A stretch of DNA of 64,000 bases from Candidatus Thorarchaeota archaeon (GCA_046482545.1 JAWOEX010000010.1:1-64000), one strand, 5' to 3'. Shown: positions 9,627 through 19,781, counted from the stretch's first letter. Notes: a model not told the origin generated them from the sequence alone. Numbers and translations are program-made.

Positions 9627-10712
9627 ATGACTGAGCGTGTTTTCAATTTCTATCCTGGGCCGGCAACACTTCCTTTGCCAGTACTGAAGAGAGCAAAGGA
9701 GGAGCTGCTGAACTATGACGGAAATGGTATGTCCGTTATGGAGATATCCCATAGGTCCCAACAATACGAAGAGATTCATTTCCGAGCAATGGAACTAGTT
9801 AGCGAGCTAATGGACCTGCCAGATGACTTCAAAGTTCTCTGGCTTCAGGGCGGTGCATCTGCACAATTCTGGATGGCCCCACTGAACCTACAGGTACCAG
9901 GCAAACCAATGGACATTCTTCATGCTGGAAGATGGTCAGCGAAGTTCATCAAAGAGGCCAAGTTGTATGGCGACGTAAATGTAGTTGCTTCATCTGAAGA
10001 AGACGATTACAAATACATCCCCAAAGACATAGACTTTGATGATGATGCGGCCTTTGCGTATATGACCAGCAACAACACAGTGAACGGTAGCCAGATTTTC
10101 GACTGGCCAGACGTACCTGAAGGTGTACCCGTTGTCTGTGATATGTCGTCGGATATTATGGGAAGAGAGATTGACCCGGACTATTTCGGCGTCATCTTTG
10201 CAGGGGCTCAGAAGAATCTTGGACCAGCCGGTGTCACCATGGTTACAGTGAGAGAACACCTCCTTGATCGAGTTGCGGAAGATACACCCACTTTGCAGAA
10301 GTGGAAAACCCACGTCAACCGAGACTCGTTGTTCAACACACCACCTGTATTCCCCATATACATGTGCAAGCTTGTGCTTGAATACTACGACGAGCTCGGG
10401 GGTGTCGAAGCACTTGAGAAGAGGAACCGAAAGAAGGCCGGTATGCTCTATGATGTGATTGATGAGTCCAATGGTTTCTACAAAGGACACGTTGTGAAAG
10501 AAGACAGAAGCATCATGAACGTCACGTTCAACTTGCCAACTGAAGAGCTCGAGAAAAAGTGCATCAAAGAAGGCGAGGAACGCGGCTTGATAGGCCTTGG
10601 CGGTCACAGATCCATTGGCGGGATGAGAGCTTCGATTTACAATGCGATGAGCGTTGAAGGAGTAGAAACCCTCTGTGACTTCCTGAAGGAATTCCAAGAA
10701 GAAAACCAGTAG
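9627..10712 (+). CDS. serC: Phosphoserine aminotransferase
   Basis: RVFNFYPGPATLP, MEISHRS, LQGGAS, DMSSD, FAGAQKNLGPAG (PLP lysine), NTPP and GHRSIGGMRASIYNA motifs. Confidence 0.95.
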   Translation: MTERVFNFYPGPATLPLPVLKRAKEELLNYDGNGMSVMEISHRSQQYEEIHFRAMELVSELMDLPDDFKVLWLQGGASAQFWMAPLNLQVPGKPMDILHAGRWSAKFIKEAKLYGDVNVVASSEEDDYKYIPKDIDFDDDAAFAYMTSNNTVNGSQIFDWPDVPEGVPVVCDMSSDIMGREIDPDYFGVIFAGAQKNLGPAGVTMVTVREHLLDRVAEDTPTLQKWKTHVNRDSLFNTPPVFPIYMCKLVLEYYDELGGVEALEKRNRKKAGMLYDVIDESNGFYKGHVVKEDRSIMNVTFNLPTEELEKKCIKEGEERGLIGLGGHRSIGGMRASIYNAMSVEGVETLCDFLKEFQEENQ

Positions 10713-10723
10713 TATAAAGCGAA

Positions 10724-10760
10724 GCGGGGATGCATTCCCCGCCGGTTTTTTCATTTTTTG
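10724..10760 (+). terminator. Hairpin plus T-tract terminator after serC
   Basis: GCGGGGA-TGCAT-TCCCCGC followed by two T runs. Confidence 0.7.
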
Positions 10761-10843
10761 CCTATCTCAATCTGATGCAGAAGTACATAGCTATTTCTGA
10801 TTCAATCATAGAAACCAAGAGCGTTTACATTGAATGAATGGAG

Positions 10844-11218
10844 TCAGGTGTTATTCCGTTTCCTTGCAAATTCCTTGACTGAGTGCTTCACTCTCGAAGC
10901 CATCGTTTCAACCATGGAGGCCTCCATTTCACCTTCATAGATTCGTCTCATGACATTGCCCCTAACCTCTACATCGAGATTGCGCATCCCACTACGTTCG
11001 AAAAAGGTTTTGAGAGCAGAAGCAATAGGAATCAACACTCCCCCGGGGAGACGGCTAGAAAGCAGCTCTGTACAGCAACTGCAATCAATAGAAACAACAG
11101 TTTTGCCGTCTTCTAGCAGCACTTCAATTGCCATGGAGTCTGTTGATTCATTAATGCCCGTTAGACTATCGGGCAAAGGTACATCGAAACTTCCGAGCTG
11201 CTCGGTCATGGGAATCAT
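10844..11218 (-). CDS. Hypothetical protein (124 aa) with CSCC motif
   Basis: Plausible globular ORF filling the gap between serC and the S8 gene. Confidence 0.65.
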   Translation of the reverse strand: MIPMTEQLGSFDVPLPDSLTGINESTDSMAIEVLLEDGKTVVSIDCSCCTELLSSRLPGGVLIPIASALKTFFERSGMRNLDVEVRGNVMRRIYEGEMEASMVETMASRVKHSVKEFARKRNNT

Positions 11219-11335
11219 TCACTCGCTGATTGTCTCTATTGTCGATAAAGATTGTGCCCGGTTATTAAGTGAAGGCTCTAGGCACAAAGTATCTTCTATC
11301 ATGTTATGAGACCATATTCTCGTTCTTCAAATCTC

Positions 11336-14300
11336 CTATTTGGACCTGTGCCTTTGATATGCCACCCATACTACTACCAGAAGAACAACGAGGAAGACCA
11401 TTATAGCAAGTCGGAGATAATCGGGTGTCAATCCGGTTGTTGTTGGAGACGTTGTAGTAGTGGTAGTTGTACCTGTAGGTGAAGTCGTAGTTGTTGTCTC
11501 ACTTTCAACCGTGTAGCTGTAATCACTAGAGACTTCCCAGTTACCAAGTATATCACTCGCGTAGATCCTGTAAGTCACTTCTGTTCCTGCTGGCAGTTCA
11601 GGAATTACCCCGATGTATGTTGAATCCTCCTTGGCCATAGTACTGTTGTGCCAGTTTTCACCATCATAATAAGACAGGATGACAGTGTCAACTTCAGTAT
11701 CGTCACTGACAGTGACATTGACAGTGACGTTTTCTTGGCTATTTGGACTAACGGGCGTCCTGTCCGGAGTGCCAATTATTGGCGGATTGCTTTCAGGGGA
11801 AATGGTCGTGTAGTTGTAGATGGAGGTGTAGTTTGTGTTACCTTCAGTATCATTTGCCCAGAAGAGATATTCTACAGAAGTGTCCAGCGGCTGTCCAGGT
11901 ATCACCGCAGAATATGTATCCTGTGTTCTTTGCATAGTTAACACGGTAAAGTTAGACCAATCATTCGTAGAGTAGTTCAGAAGAACAGTATCTACCCCAG
12001 AAGCTCCTGCAGGCTCCAGAACATCAATGGAAACGGCTACATCGTGACCGGCTCCAGGCGAAGTGGCATTCCTCCAAGGGTTCACCATATCCGGATTTAC
12101 TGTATCATCGATTATGAATGTGGCCCAGCTGCTCTGATTGCTATTACCTCCTGTGTCATTAGCGAAAACACTGTAATGCACTGACTGAGAGTAATTAAAT
12201 GGGCCTATTTCGACTGCGTAATTTCCGCTAGACTGTTTAATCATCGGGACGGTGTTGTTCTCAGGCCAGCCTGAAACATTGTACTGTAAGTAAACATTAA
12301 CGAAACCCGTATTATCCGTAACATTCGCCTCTATTGTCACATTTTGGTAATACTCCACAGCGACAGGATTTCTGTTGATTGAGTGGATTGTGGGTGATTC
12401 TGTATCAAGGCTTAAGACGGCACCAAGTACGTCGAGCTTGCCGTATCCCCAAGTTGGGTTAGGGATGGAGCCAGCAAACGAATCGTTTCTTGCTGTTGAG
12501 TTGATATAATCACCAACATCAGATCCAGAAGACGGCGAAATCTGCAGCATCAAAGCTGCACACCCTGCTACGTGCGGTCCTGAAGCACTCGTTCCGCTGA
12601 AGAGCCTATAGCTGGCGAAGTTCTCGCTGAAATTAAGACCTCCATTGTTGTTGAACCAGGTTTGCCAATTAGAAGCGTTTGAATAATCGGTGATTATGTC
12701 ATATCCTCCAGGCGCAGCCACTCCTTGTTTTTGAGTCTCGTCTATTCGGGGGCCTCGAGAAGAGAAATCTGCTATATCGCCGATTGTACCGCTCACTAAA
12801 TCTCGCGTGTGATAGCTAGCAACACTGACGGCTGAATCAGCTGTAGATGGCCATGTTATCTGGTAGTTATTCGACAGATCACTAGTCCAGACTGCGCCGC
12901 CACCCCATGATGTCTTGTCATCTGAAATATACCCGTGGAAAGTGGTAGTTGCAGGAGCTGTGATATTCACTTGGTGATATGGGCCGCCCATCGACGTAGT
13001 TGGCAAAGAGCCGCCACCTGAAGTGAAAATGTGTATTGCTAGCATTTTGGTCAAGCGTGTTGACACGGAAATGTAAGATTCAACTACAAGAGTCATTGAA
13101 CCATATGAAACGCCTGACTCGGCATTCCATTCCTGTTCTCCATCTCCCGGATGCAGGTAGATGGTACGATTTTGGGAATCACCCCAACTTGTAAAATCGA
13201 CGACTAGGCTGAAGTTGCATGTGGCAAAATCCGTTTCATTAGTGCTGAGGATGGTAATATATACGTCTTCGATATCACTACCCAGATACAGATCATCAGC
13301 AGGATCAGGGATGTGGAAATCAATATCGTATGGCGTATCAGCTGTAACACTTGCGTCTGCATGTTTATCCTTGCCACCAAGATTGCCACTGGGCGCTATG
13401 ACAGGAACACCATCGGAAACAATTGAGTCAATCAAACCTTCCGAAGTGAAACTGCCATCCAGATATCTATAGGTCCATGAACCGATTTCAGTAAGAATAA
13501 CATCGGCGCCATGGTTGTACGCATGGGTTAAAGCTTCTTCAATTGTAAGACTCGTGCCGGTTGATCCAAGCACTTTAAGCATCATCAGTTCTGCACTAGG
13601 TGCTACACCCACGTACTTTCTGAAACCCAATTGACCGCCAAGCAGTATGCCTGAAACCGCAGTACCATGACCATATGTATCCTCGTGCGTGCTCTCTGTT
13701 AGATTTTCACCCCGCATCCAAACTTGGAGATTATCGAACCCATCATCCTCAACGATGTACTTGGTCTTTGGAGTAGCCAGCATGATGAGCTCTTCTCCAA
13801 GCTGTAATTGATCATCACCGTTTGTGTCATTCACGACGAAATATGGTTCGCCTATCTGAGGTATACCATCCTGAGACACATTATCAGCCCAAAGCCAGTC
13901 AGTAGAGCAGTTGTAGCTTCCATCACCATCGATGTCTATAAAGTAGAGTTCTTCACCGGTGTCATAGCTACCGTCAAGGTCCAAATCGACATAATCCGAA
14001 CCGTTGTCCAGTTCATCATCACCAAATATGCTATACCAGTTGTAGGTTTCTCCATCAGCAAACCAGAGATCAGGATGCGTCCAGTCAACACCCGAGTCTA
14101 AGTCTGCTACGAGAATGTCTTCTCCAGTCACATTACGATCAAGGCTATCAATCTGATTCCATGCAGTAGTGGCATTTATCTCAGGTATAGAAACATCTCT
14201 TGCTGCATGGAGATGGTCAGGAGAAGTCTGAAGATTCCAGTCTGCAAAAATCCCATTTTGTAGACAACATTCTATTCCCTCTGCGGGACCTTCAAGAAGG

Positions 14301-14581
14301 TAATAACGACCTACACTACTCATGTAGGGAGAGCCGAGACTAAAAGACAACCCTACATCTTTGAGAAATGTTGTGGTATCGGTATCCAGAGACTCATTCA
14401 GTCTAGCCACAATAGGAATGCTTTCTCCGTATTCTTCGGTTAGATGTGCTAAATCGATTTCTTGGTCAGCCCTAACACGCGGCATTGATTCTTCATTGGG
14501 AATAGCCGAATCGACACCCGAAGAACCAAAGGAGAATGCTAGAAAGAACACTAGAAGCGTGCAAATAACGATTTTTTTCAA
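11336..14581 (-). CDS. Membrane-anchored subtilisin-like (S8) serine protease with Ca-binding insert and C-terminal Ig-like repeats
   Basis: Triad ADLDSG / HGTAVSG / GTSASGPHVAG and oxyanion APSGN. DxDxDG motifs, three C-terminal repeats, a Thr-rich linker and a TM helix. Likely TTG start at 14581 (signal peptide KKIVICTLLVFF); the ORF track starts at 14647. Confidence 0.92.
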   Translation of the reverse strand: MKKIVICTLLVFFLAFSFGSSGVDSAIPNEESMPRVRADQEIDLAHLTEEYGESIPIVARLNESLDTDTTTFLKDVGLSFSLGSPYMSSVGRYYLLEGPAEGIECCLQNGIFADWNLQTSPDHLHAARDVSIPEINATTAWNQIDSLDRNVTGEDILVADLDSGVDWTHPDLWFADGETYNWYSIFGDDELDNGSDYVDLDLDGSYDTGEELYFIDIDGDGSYNCSTDWLWADNVSQDGIPQIGEPYFVVNDTNGDDQLQLGEELIMLATPKTKYIVEDDGFDNLQVWMRGENLTESTHEDTYGHGTAVSGILLGGQLGFRKYVGVAPSAELMMLKVLGSTGTSLTIEEALTHAYNHGADVILTEIGSWTYRYLDGSFTSEGLIDSIVSDGVPVIAPSGNLGGKDKHADASVTADTPYDIDFHIPDPADDLYLGSDIEDVYITILSTNETDFATCNFSLVVDFTSWGDSQNRTIYLHPGDGEQEWNAESGVSYGSMTLVVESYISVSTRLTKMLAIHIFTSGGGSLPTTSMGGPYHQVNITAPATTTFHGYISDDKTSWGGGAVWTSDLSNNYQITWPSTADSAVSVASYHTRDLVSGTIGDIADFSSRGPRIDETQKQGVAAPGGYDIITDYSNASNWQTWFNNNGGLNFSENFASYRLFSGTSASGPHVAGCAALMLQISPSSGSDVGDYINSTARNDSFAGSIPNPTWGYGKLDVLGAVLSLDTESPTIHSINRNPVAVEYYQNVTIEANVTDNTGFVNVYLQYNVSGWPENNTVPMIKQSSGNYAVEIGPFNYSQSVHYSVFANDTGGNSNQSSWATFIIDDTVNPDMVNPWRNATSPGAGHDVAVSIDVLEPAGASGVDTVLLNYSTNDWSNFTVLTMQRTQDTYSAVIPGQPLDTSVEYLFWANDTEGNTNYTSIYNYTTISPESNPPIIGTPDRTPVSPNSQENVTVNVTVSDDTEVDTVILSYYDGENWHNSTMAKEDSTYIGVIPELPAGTEVTYRIYASDILGNWEVSSDYSYTVESETTTTTSPTGTTTTTTTSPTTTGLTPDYLRLAIMVFLVVLLVVVWVAYQRHRSK

Positions 14582-14750
14582 GACGTGAATCTCCGTAAGT
14601 GTGGTAGGGGCAGGCAATATAATCTGATAATTGCTAGGCCAAATCAAACATGTCTAGTTTCACGTTCAGTGTATTAAAAGATTCATCGGGTCTCCTACAA
14701 GTATTCACCAATATTTATCACCTAAAGAGACATGAAGAAAACCGTGGTTC

Positions 14751-15245
14751 TTGTTGGAAGACGACGCCAAAAACAAATCCGATATTGATACCAATTCGGA
14801 AGACCAGAAACCAGGCATTGAGGAGATACAAGACCGTCTTGACCAGATATCAAGAAGACTTGAACGCGTCGAATCGCTGATTGAGAGGATAGAACCGGGC
14901 ATAGAGGAAGTTTCTGAATCTGCGCAAGTCATACGCGAAGGTTTCGAATTCTACGACAGTATGGTCAATTTGATGAGCAAATTTACTCGTGCCGAACGGC
15001 TTGAGTCAAGATATGGCGACCTGAAAAAAGATGACATAGCTTGGGCCATGATAAGGACGCTTGACGAGCGGGGACCACTTAATATCAGTCAAATCACTGC
15101 AGGTGTCCGGAGGCAGAGAGGAACAGCTTCCAGACGAATTGTTCGACAACGAGTGAAGAATCTGTTAGATAGGGGAATAGTAACCACAGTTGAGACAGAT
15201 GATGATCGTGCAACGTACTACGATTTAGCCAGTACCAAGAAATAG
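14751..15245 (+). CDS. Coiled-coil plus winged-HTH transcriptional regulator
   Basis: N-terminal heptads; C-terminal GPLNISQITAGVR..ASRRIVRQRVKNLLDRGIV..ATYY wHTH pattern. Confidence 0.75.
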   Translation: MLEDDAKNKSDIDTNSEDQKPGIEEIQDRLDQISRRLERVESLIERIEPGIEEVSESAQVIREGFEFYDSMVNLMSKFTRAERLESRYGDLKKDDIAWAMIRTLDERGPLNISQITAGVRRQRGTASRRIVRQRVKNLLDRGIVTTVETDDDRATYYDLASTKK

Positions 15246-15337
15246 GATACTTTCGGGTACTCTGAACCAGATTTCTGAGCACTTTTTCTCAGAATTACTA
15301 TATCAAGTGACCACACCAGTATAATATGTGAAATGCA

Positions 15338-15643
15338 ATGAGTGAAGAAAAACAAACTCCACAAGAAGAAGCAGAAGAAATCCGCGAAATCTTCTCAGCC
15401 CTTAATGAATCAATACCCAAGCTGATATCGGGTTTAGTGAATAGCGTATACAGCCCTGAGGCAGCCGCAAAGATGGCTGAAGCCATAGGGGGATTCTATG
15501 CGAAACTCAAGGAACAGGGTCTGCCAGATGAGGTGGCCTTAAAGATGACGAAGCAATACGCTTCGGCACTTGACTTTGGCAAGATTATGGATATGGCCCA
15601 GACAAGCGAAGATATCGATATCCCAACGGAAATAGAGGAGTAA
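15338..15643 (+). CDS. Small acidic helical hypothetical protein
   Basis: 101-aa ORF in an apparent operon; motif KLKEQGLPDEVALKMTKQY. Confidence 0.75.
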   Translation: MSEEKQTPQEEAEEIREIFSALNESIPKLISGLVNSVYSPEAAAKMAEAIGGFYAKLKEQGLPDEVALKMTKQYASALDFGKIMDMAQTSEDIDIPTEIEE

Positions 15644-15651
15644 GCGAAATA

Positions 15652-15894
15652 ATGTCCGCTCGCATGGCACTGCGGGCCATCCTCGGAAGTGGAAAGCTCT
15701 TAGTCAAGACCAGCCTTTCTGTTTGGAGGGCAAGAAGAAGCGTGAAGAAGGGAAAAGTTGTGCTCCGTAAGAAACTAGAGAAACAGGGCGTGCCACCTGA
15801 CGCAGCAAGGGAAGTAGCAAATGCGTATGCTCAGTCTGCTGAAGAGGCACTCTCTGTGAGAAAAATGATTAGTATGGCCAGAAAGATAGACTGA
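15652..15894 (+). CDS. Small basic helical hypothetical protein
   Basis: 80-aa ORF 8 bp after the previous gene; motif KLEKQGVPPDAAREVANAY. Confidence 0.7.
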   Translation: MSARMALRAILGSGKLLVKTSLSVWRARRSVKKGKVVLRKKLEKQGVPPDAAREVANAYAQSAEEALSVRKMISMARKID

Positions 15895-15920
15895 GAGAGT
15901 TATTCTCTCACTTTATTTTG
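15892..15920 (+). terminator. Possible terminator
   Basis: TGAGAGA-GTTAT-TCTCTCA inverted repeat followed by CTTTATTTTG. Confidence 0.45.
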
Positions 15921-15945
15921 TCCGTCGGTTATGGTAACGCCAACG

Positions 15946-16462
15946 CTAGGCCTTCGTGGTACCGAGGGGTATTTTCATTCTGGAGTACTTGGTGACGAGA
16001 ACAGGACAATGGTGTCCTTCCACAACTCGTTCGATAGAGCTTCCCGTACCATTCTTCTCTTTCTCGGCGCCCCCGCCAAGTGAACTCATGAAATTAAGTC
16101 AAGATATCTATCTCTTGCTTGTCTGATAACCCTCGAAGAAGGAAAATCCTAACCAAGAATGTTCTCTACATCCAAGTTGTATTCCTCTTCTTCTGATTTG
16201 TAGCCCTCAGTGAAACTCATACCATTGACTTTGAATGTCATCATTATTTATTCACAACACAACTCAGACATAATCGCATTTAGGTCGACTGGAAAAAAGG
16301 CAGCACAACACAAATAATCTGTAGATTCGAATACTTCAGTTCACAGACTTCGAAAGGCACAGTAGCTACTCGTCCGTATACTTTGTACCTCCCACTGCAA
16401 GCATGACCTTCTTCGGAGTAGAAGAAACAAGTCAAGGGTCCTCGAATCGCCATATCTTCCAT
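15946..16462 (-). pseudogene. Universal stress protein (UspA family) pseudogene
   Basis: USP motifs scattered over shifting frames: KKVMLAVGGTKYTD / VATVPFEVCELKYSNLQIICVVLP / LDVENILG*DFPSSRVIRQARDRYLDLI / MSSLGG / TGSSIERVVEGHHCPVLVTK. In-frame TAG at 16149-16151 and several frameshifts. Confidence 0.75.
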
Positions 16463-16557
16463 TATACGTTCTCATCATAGATAGGCTGCCACGGCGATTG
16501 CTAGGATAGTTCAACGTTTTAAGTCACGGATTATGTCCGTTACAAGAGCGTGACAAA

Positions 16558-17571
16558 ATGAATGCAAAACAAGCTGCAGCAAATGCCATACGAGCCGTGC
16601 TGGAAGGAAAGCCCGGTGAGTCGCTACTTGTGATAACTGATGATGTCAGACGCGAAGTAGGTAGAACATTCGCAGAAGGTGGACTTGAACTCGGCCTCCG
16701 GACTAGGCTTGTGGTACTAGAAACGGAAGAGAAAGTATATCGCGAATCTGTACCCCGGCATCTAGTTGAAATTGCCAATTCTCCGACGCCACCGGATATC
16801 TACATAAACACCCTGCGCGGTCCGGCCCAAGAAACTCCCTTTAGAATTCAAATCATCAAGCTTGAGACCAGAAAGCGAAAATCAAGGCTAGGCCATTGTC
16901 CGGGCATAACAATGGACATGCTTACCGATGGAGCTCTTGCACTGACAGTCGAAGAGCATGAGCAAATGCAACACGAAGCACAAACACTGCTGGCCAAGGT
17001 GCAGGATTCGGTCTCAGTTCATGTTACATCTCCGTCTGGTTCTGATTTCACTTTGAATGTGATGGGGAGAAAATGGTTTACTGATACCATGCTTAATTGG
17101 CAGGATATGAAGTGGATGAACCTGCCTACCGGAGAAGTCCTAGTCGGGCCTATCGAAAACCAAGGTGAAGGCAGGCTCGTTTCAGATCTGGCCATTGGTG
17201 GTATTGGACCAATTGATAGCCCATTCACAGTAGAGTTTGAGAATGGCAGGGTAAAGAAACTCGAATGCGAAGACGAAGAAGTCCTCAAGCTTGTTCGCGA
17301 AACCCAAGATACCGATGAAATGGCCAAACATGTTGGAGAGTTTGCATTCGGGCTAAATCCGAAGGCTAGGCTGGTTGATGAATTCCTAGAATCAGAGAAA
17401 CTGGGTAATGCTATCCACGTTGCGTTTGGCAACAACATGGATTACCCAGGCGAAACCGCAAACAACTCATGTACCCATCAGGACTTTCTTGTTGATAAGC
17501 CAACAGTAGTCATCACGCGTATCGACGGGGATGAATTGACGGTCATGAAAGATGGCAAGCTAAAAGTCTAA
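16558..17571 (+). CDS. Aminopeptidase (M29/thermophilic metalloprotease-like)
   Basis: MNLPTGEV, GEFAFGLNP, ESEK...HVAFGNN and HQD motifs. Confidence 0.85.
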   Translation: MNAKQAAANAIRAVLEGKPGESLLVITDDVRREVGRTFAEGGLELGLRTRLVVLETEEKVYRESVPRHLVEIANSPTPPDIYINTLRGPAQETPFRIQIIKLETRKRKSRLGHCPGITMDMLTDGALALTVEEHEQMQHEAQTLLAKVQDSVSVHVTSPSGSDFTLNVMGRKWFTDTMLNWQDMKWMNLPTGEVLVGPIENQGEGRLVSDLAIGGIGPIDSPFTVEFENGRVKKLECEDEEVLKLVRETQDTDEMAKHVGEFAFGLNPKARLVDEFLESEKLGNAIHVAFGNNMDYPGETANNSCTHQDFLVDKPTVVITRIDGDELTVMKDGKLKV

Positions 17572-18782
17572 AGCCAGCTGAAAGCTTTGTTCCATGTGAT
17601 ACTGGACCCCGAAAATGGATTGAGGTAGATGGTTCTGAAAAAGCGTTTCAGTTCAGCCTCCTCTTTTGCCCTTTTGAAGGCAGGAAGCACGAAATTAGTT
17701 CTGCCGAAGAAATACGTAAAGACGTACGGTGCCCATATATTGGGTGAGCCATCATCCTTTTCGGGTTGAATGAACTGAATCGAGTCCTTAGCTGATTTCG
17801 GTCTCCGCAATCCCCGTTCAATCATGTAGTTGATTACTTCGTTTGCCGAGTTCCCTTGTTCGTTCAACATGATTGCGGCATTGATACTGGTCATGCGACG
17901 CAGTTTGTAGAGAGCACGTACCAACTCTTCAGTCTCAGACTCTTCAACTTCAAGGAATTCACGTGCAGTATCTGCCGTTCCCTCGGAGATAACACATCGT
18001 CCGGTATGCAGGGGAACAATACTCAGCTCCGTCCAACCCTTTTCCCGGAAAGCTTTTTCTCGCCATAAGCCAGAAACATGATGCTCATATTCATGATACA
18101 CGACCCCTAGTAGATTGTGCTTGTTGAATGAGCGGTCAGTGTTGAATGCGTTTATCGACTTGAAATCGCCCTGATAATAGTTGTAGCCGCTCCAAGGCTT
18201 GTCTTGAACAGGCCTATAAATGACGCCATTATCTGTTACATCTTCGCCCATTTCAGAGAACACTTTCTCTTTGAAGAGATTGCCAACATCAGCTGCCTTT
18301 TCTTGGAGGTCACCTTCGATAATCCACCTCAATTCGTCCCCAGTGACTTTGCCTTCTTTTTCATAGTTGTACACCCTCTCTTTCAGATCGTTTTCAGAAT
18401 CTCCAGGAAGCAATCTTTCCACTTCGGCCTGAGCTTTGTCAATATCGCCCTCAGGAAAACCTTGGACTTCAATATGAAAGAGTGTGTTTACAAGATCAGA
18501 ATAGGTGATATCGCCACGAATAAGCCACCGAATCACCGTTATTAGTGATGAAATCTCACCAACCAAATAATCCTGCCTGATGACGTTTGTGATTTCATCC
18601 ATAGTTCTGTCAACTAGGTCATTCAAGTCTGAAACCAATTCATCGAGCGCTCTAACATCCTGCAGTTCAGGTCTCAGTTCATCAGGTCCAAAATAAGCAT
18701 CGACAATACTGTTTCCTGTGATTTCCCTTGTTAGATTGCCCACTTCACCACATAATTCTACAAAATGTTCACCAATGCCCAT
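17568..18782 (-). CDS. DUF885-like putative zinc metallopeptidase
   Basis: WSGYNYY, VYHEYEHH, ISEGTA and YVFTYFFG motifs resemble the DUF885/zincin-like HE...H, EG.A arrangement. Confidence 0.6.
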   Translation of the reverse strand: MGIGEHFVELCGEVGNLTREITGNSIVDAYFGPDELRPELQDVRALDELVSDLNDLVDRTMDEITNVIRQDYLVGEISSLITVIRWLIRGDITYSDLVNTLFHIEVQGFPEGDIDKAQAEVERLLPGDSENDLKERVYNYEKEGKVTGDELRWIIEGDLQEKAADVGNLFKEKVFSEMGEDVTDNGVIYRPVQDKPWSGYNYYQGDFKSINAFNTDRSFNKHNLLGVVYHEYEHHVSGLWREKAFREKGWTELSIVPLHTGRCVISEGTADTAREFLEVEESETEELVRALYKLRRMTSINAAIMLNEQGNSANEVINYMIERGLRRPKSAKDSIQFIQPEKDDGSPNIWAPYVFTYFFGRTNFVLPAFKRAKEEAELKRFFRTIYLNPFSGSSITWNKAFSWL

Positions 18783-18857
18783 TTTTATTCAATGTTTATA
18801 GGATGGGGACAGTTATAGTTCCACCGCCAGATTCGCCTTAGGAAGGAACTCGACTCT

Positions 18858-19781
18858 CTAGACACGCGTTACAGCGGTTGTTTTCAGCATATCCCTGAGC
18901 ATATCATATCGGTCCACATCAATTGCCACCATACCATGTGCCTCTACCCCCAGAAATCGTGAAATAATTGGAGGGGGAAGGGCATCTTCTAGGTCCTGGA
19001 AATTTGCAATTGCTATCACGCGACCTGGTAAGATGTCTTCGAATTCAGTAAGGGTTTTTCTGGCCTTGATAACACCATGCTTTGTGCTCTTAACAACCAG
19101 CACGGCTACATCTGCTCTGCTAAGATAGGACTTCCAGCTATTCCTGAACTGTTCCGACCCAGGCAAGTCATATAGCATGATAAGGTGATTTGCTATTTGG
19201 AACCACTCGTCTTCAGTCCCAGTTATTCTCTGCTCGAGGATTCGTCGATATGCATTCAGTTTAGGAGCAACGTTCGTCTTGGTGGTCTTGATATAGTTCG
19301 TGATCACAGTGCCTGTACTAGCAAATTGAAACAGAGATGTTTTCCCAGTTCCGCTTGTTCCAAAGAGAACAATTCGAGTATGCTCGAAGATGTACTCATT
19401 CACCGCTGAAATAAGGTCTTTCTTTTCAAATTCAGAGAGAGAATCATATCGGAAATTGTCATAACGAGATTTGATTTCCTTAAATATAAGACCGGCACGG
19501 ATCCTCAGCTTCGCTTTCGATTCAGATTCATCACCAGCAAGAATAATCGCAGTATCCTCATCAGTTGCCACAGCAAAAGTCCGCCTTATCCCATCTTCAC
19601 ACATTTCAGTGAAAGTTGGCACTCTCAATGACCCCAGCTCAGGGTCAAAGGAATCAGCCCCTTTGGAGGGGGCCCTCTTTACCAAATCAAGAACCTTGTA
19701 GTGTGTAACAGAAAAGGTAGAGTGACAGAGTCGAAGTTCTTCAGTATCGGGAGACGATAGTAAGATTGCTTCGAGTATCAT
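18858..19781 (-). CDS. Arf-like small GTPase fused to an N-terminal longin-like domain
   Basis: G1 GTSGTGKTS, G2 YIKT, G3 DLPGSEQFRNSW and G4 ANFQDL, preceded by an about 130-aa alpha/beta domain. Confidence 0.8.
   Translation of the reverse strand: MILEAILLSSPDTEELRLCHSTFSVTHYKVLDLVKRAPSKGADSFDPELGSLRVPTFTEMCEDGIRRTFAVATDEDTAIILAGDESESKAKLRIRAGLIFKEIKSRYDNFRYDSLSEFEKKDLISAVNEYIFEHTRIVLFGTSGTGKTSLFQFASTGTVITNYIKTTKTNVAPKLNAYRRILEQRITGTEDEWFQIANHLIMLYDLPGSEQFRNSWKSYLSRADVAVLVVKSTKHGVIKARKTLTEFEDILPGRVIAIANFQDLEDALPPPIISRFLGVEAHGMVAIDVDRYDMLRDMLKTTAVTRV

Noticed and set aside
9990-10754. 254-aa antisense ORF over serC, and similar shadow ORFs over the LRR, aminopeptidase, rSAM and giant genes
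   Set aside because: They lie antisense to or out of frame with clearly identified genes and have no motifs.
16280-16462. 60-aa ORF as an independent gene
   Set aside because: It is better explained as a fragment of the USP pseudogene.
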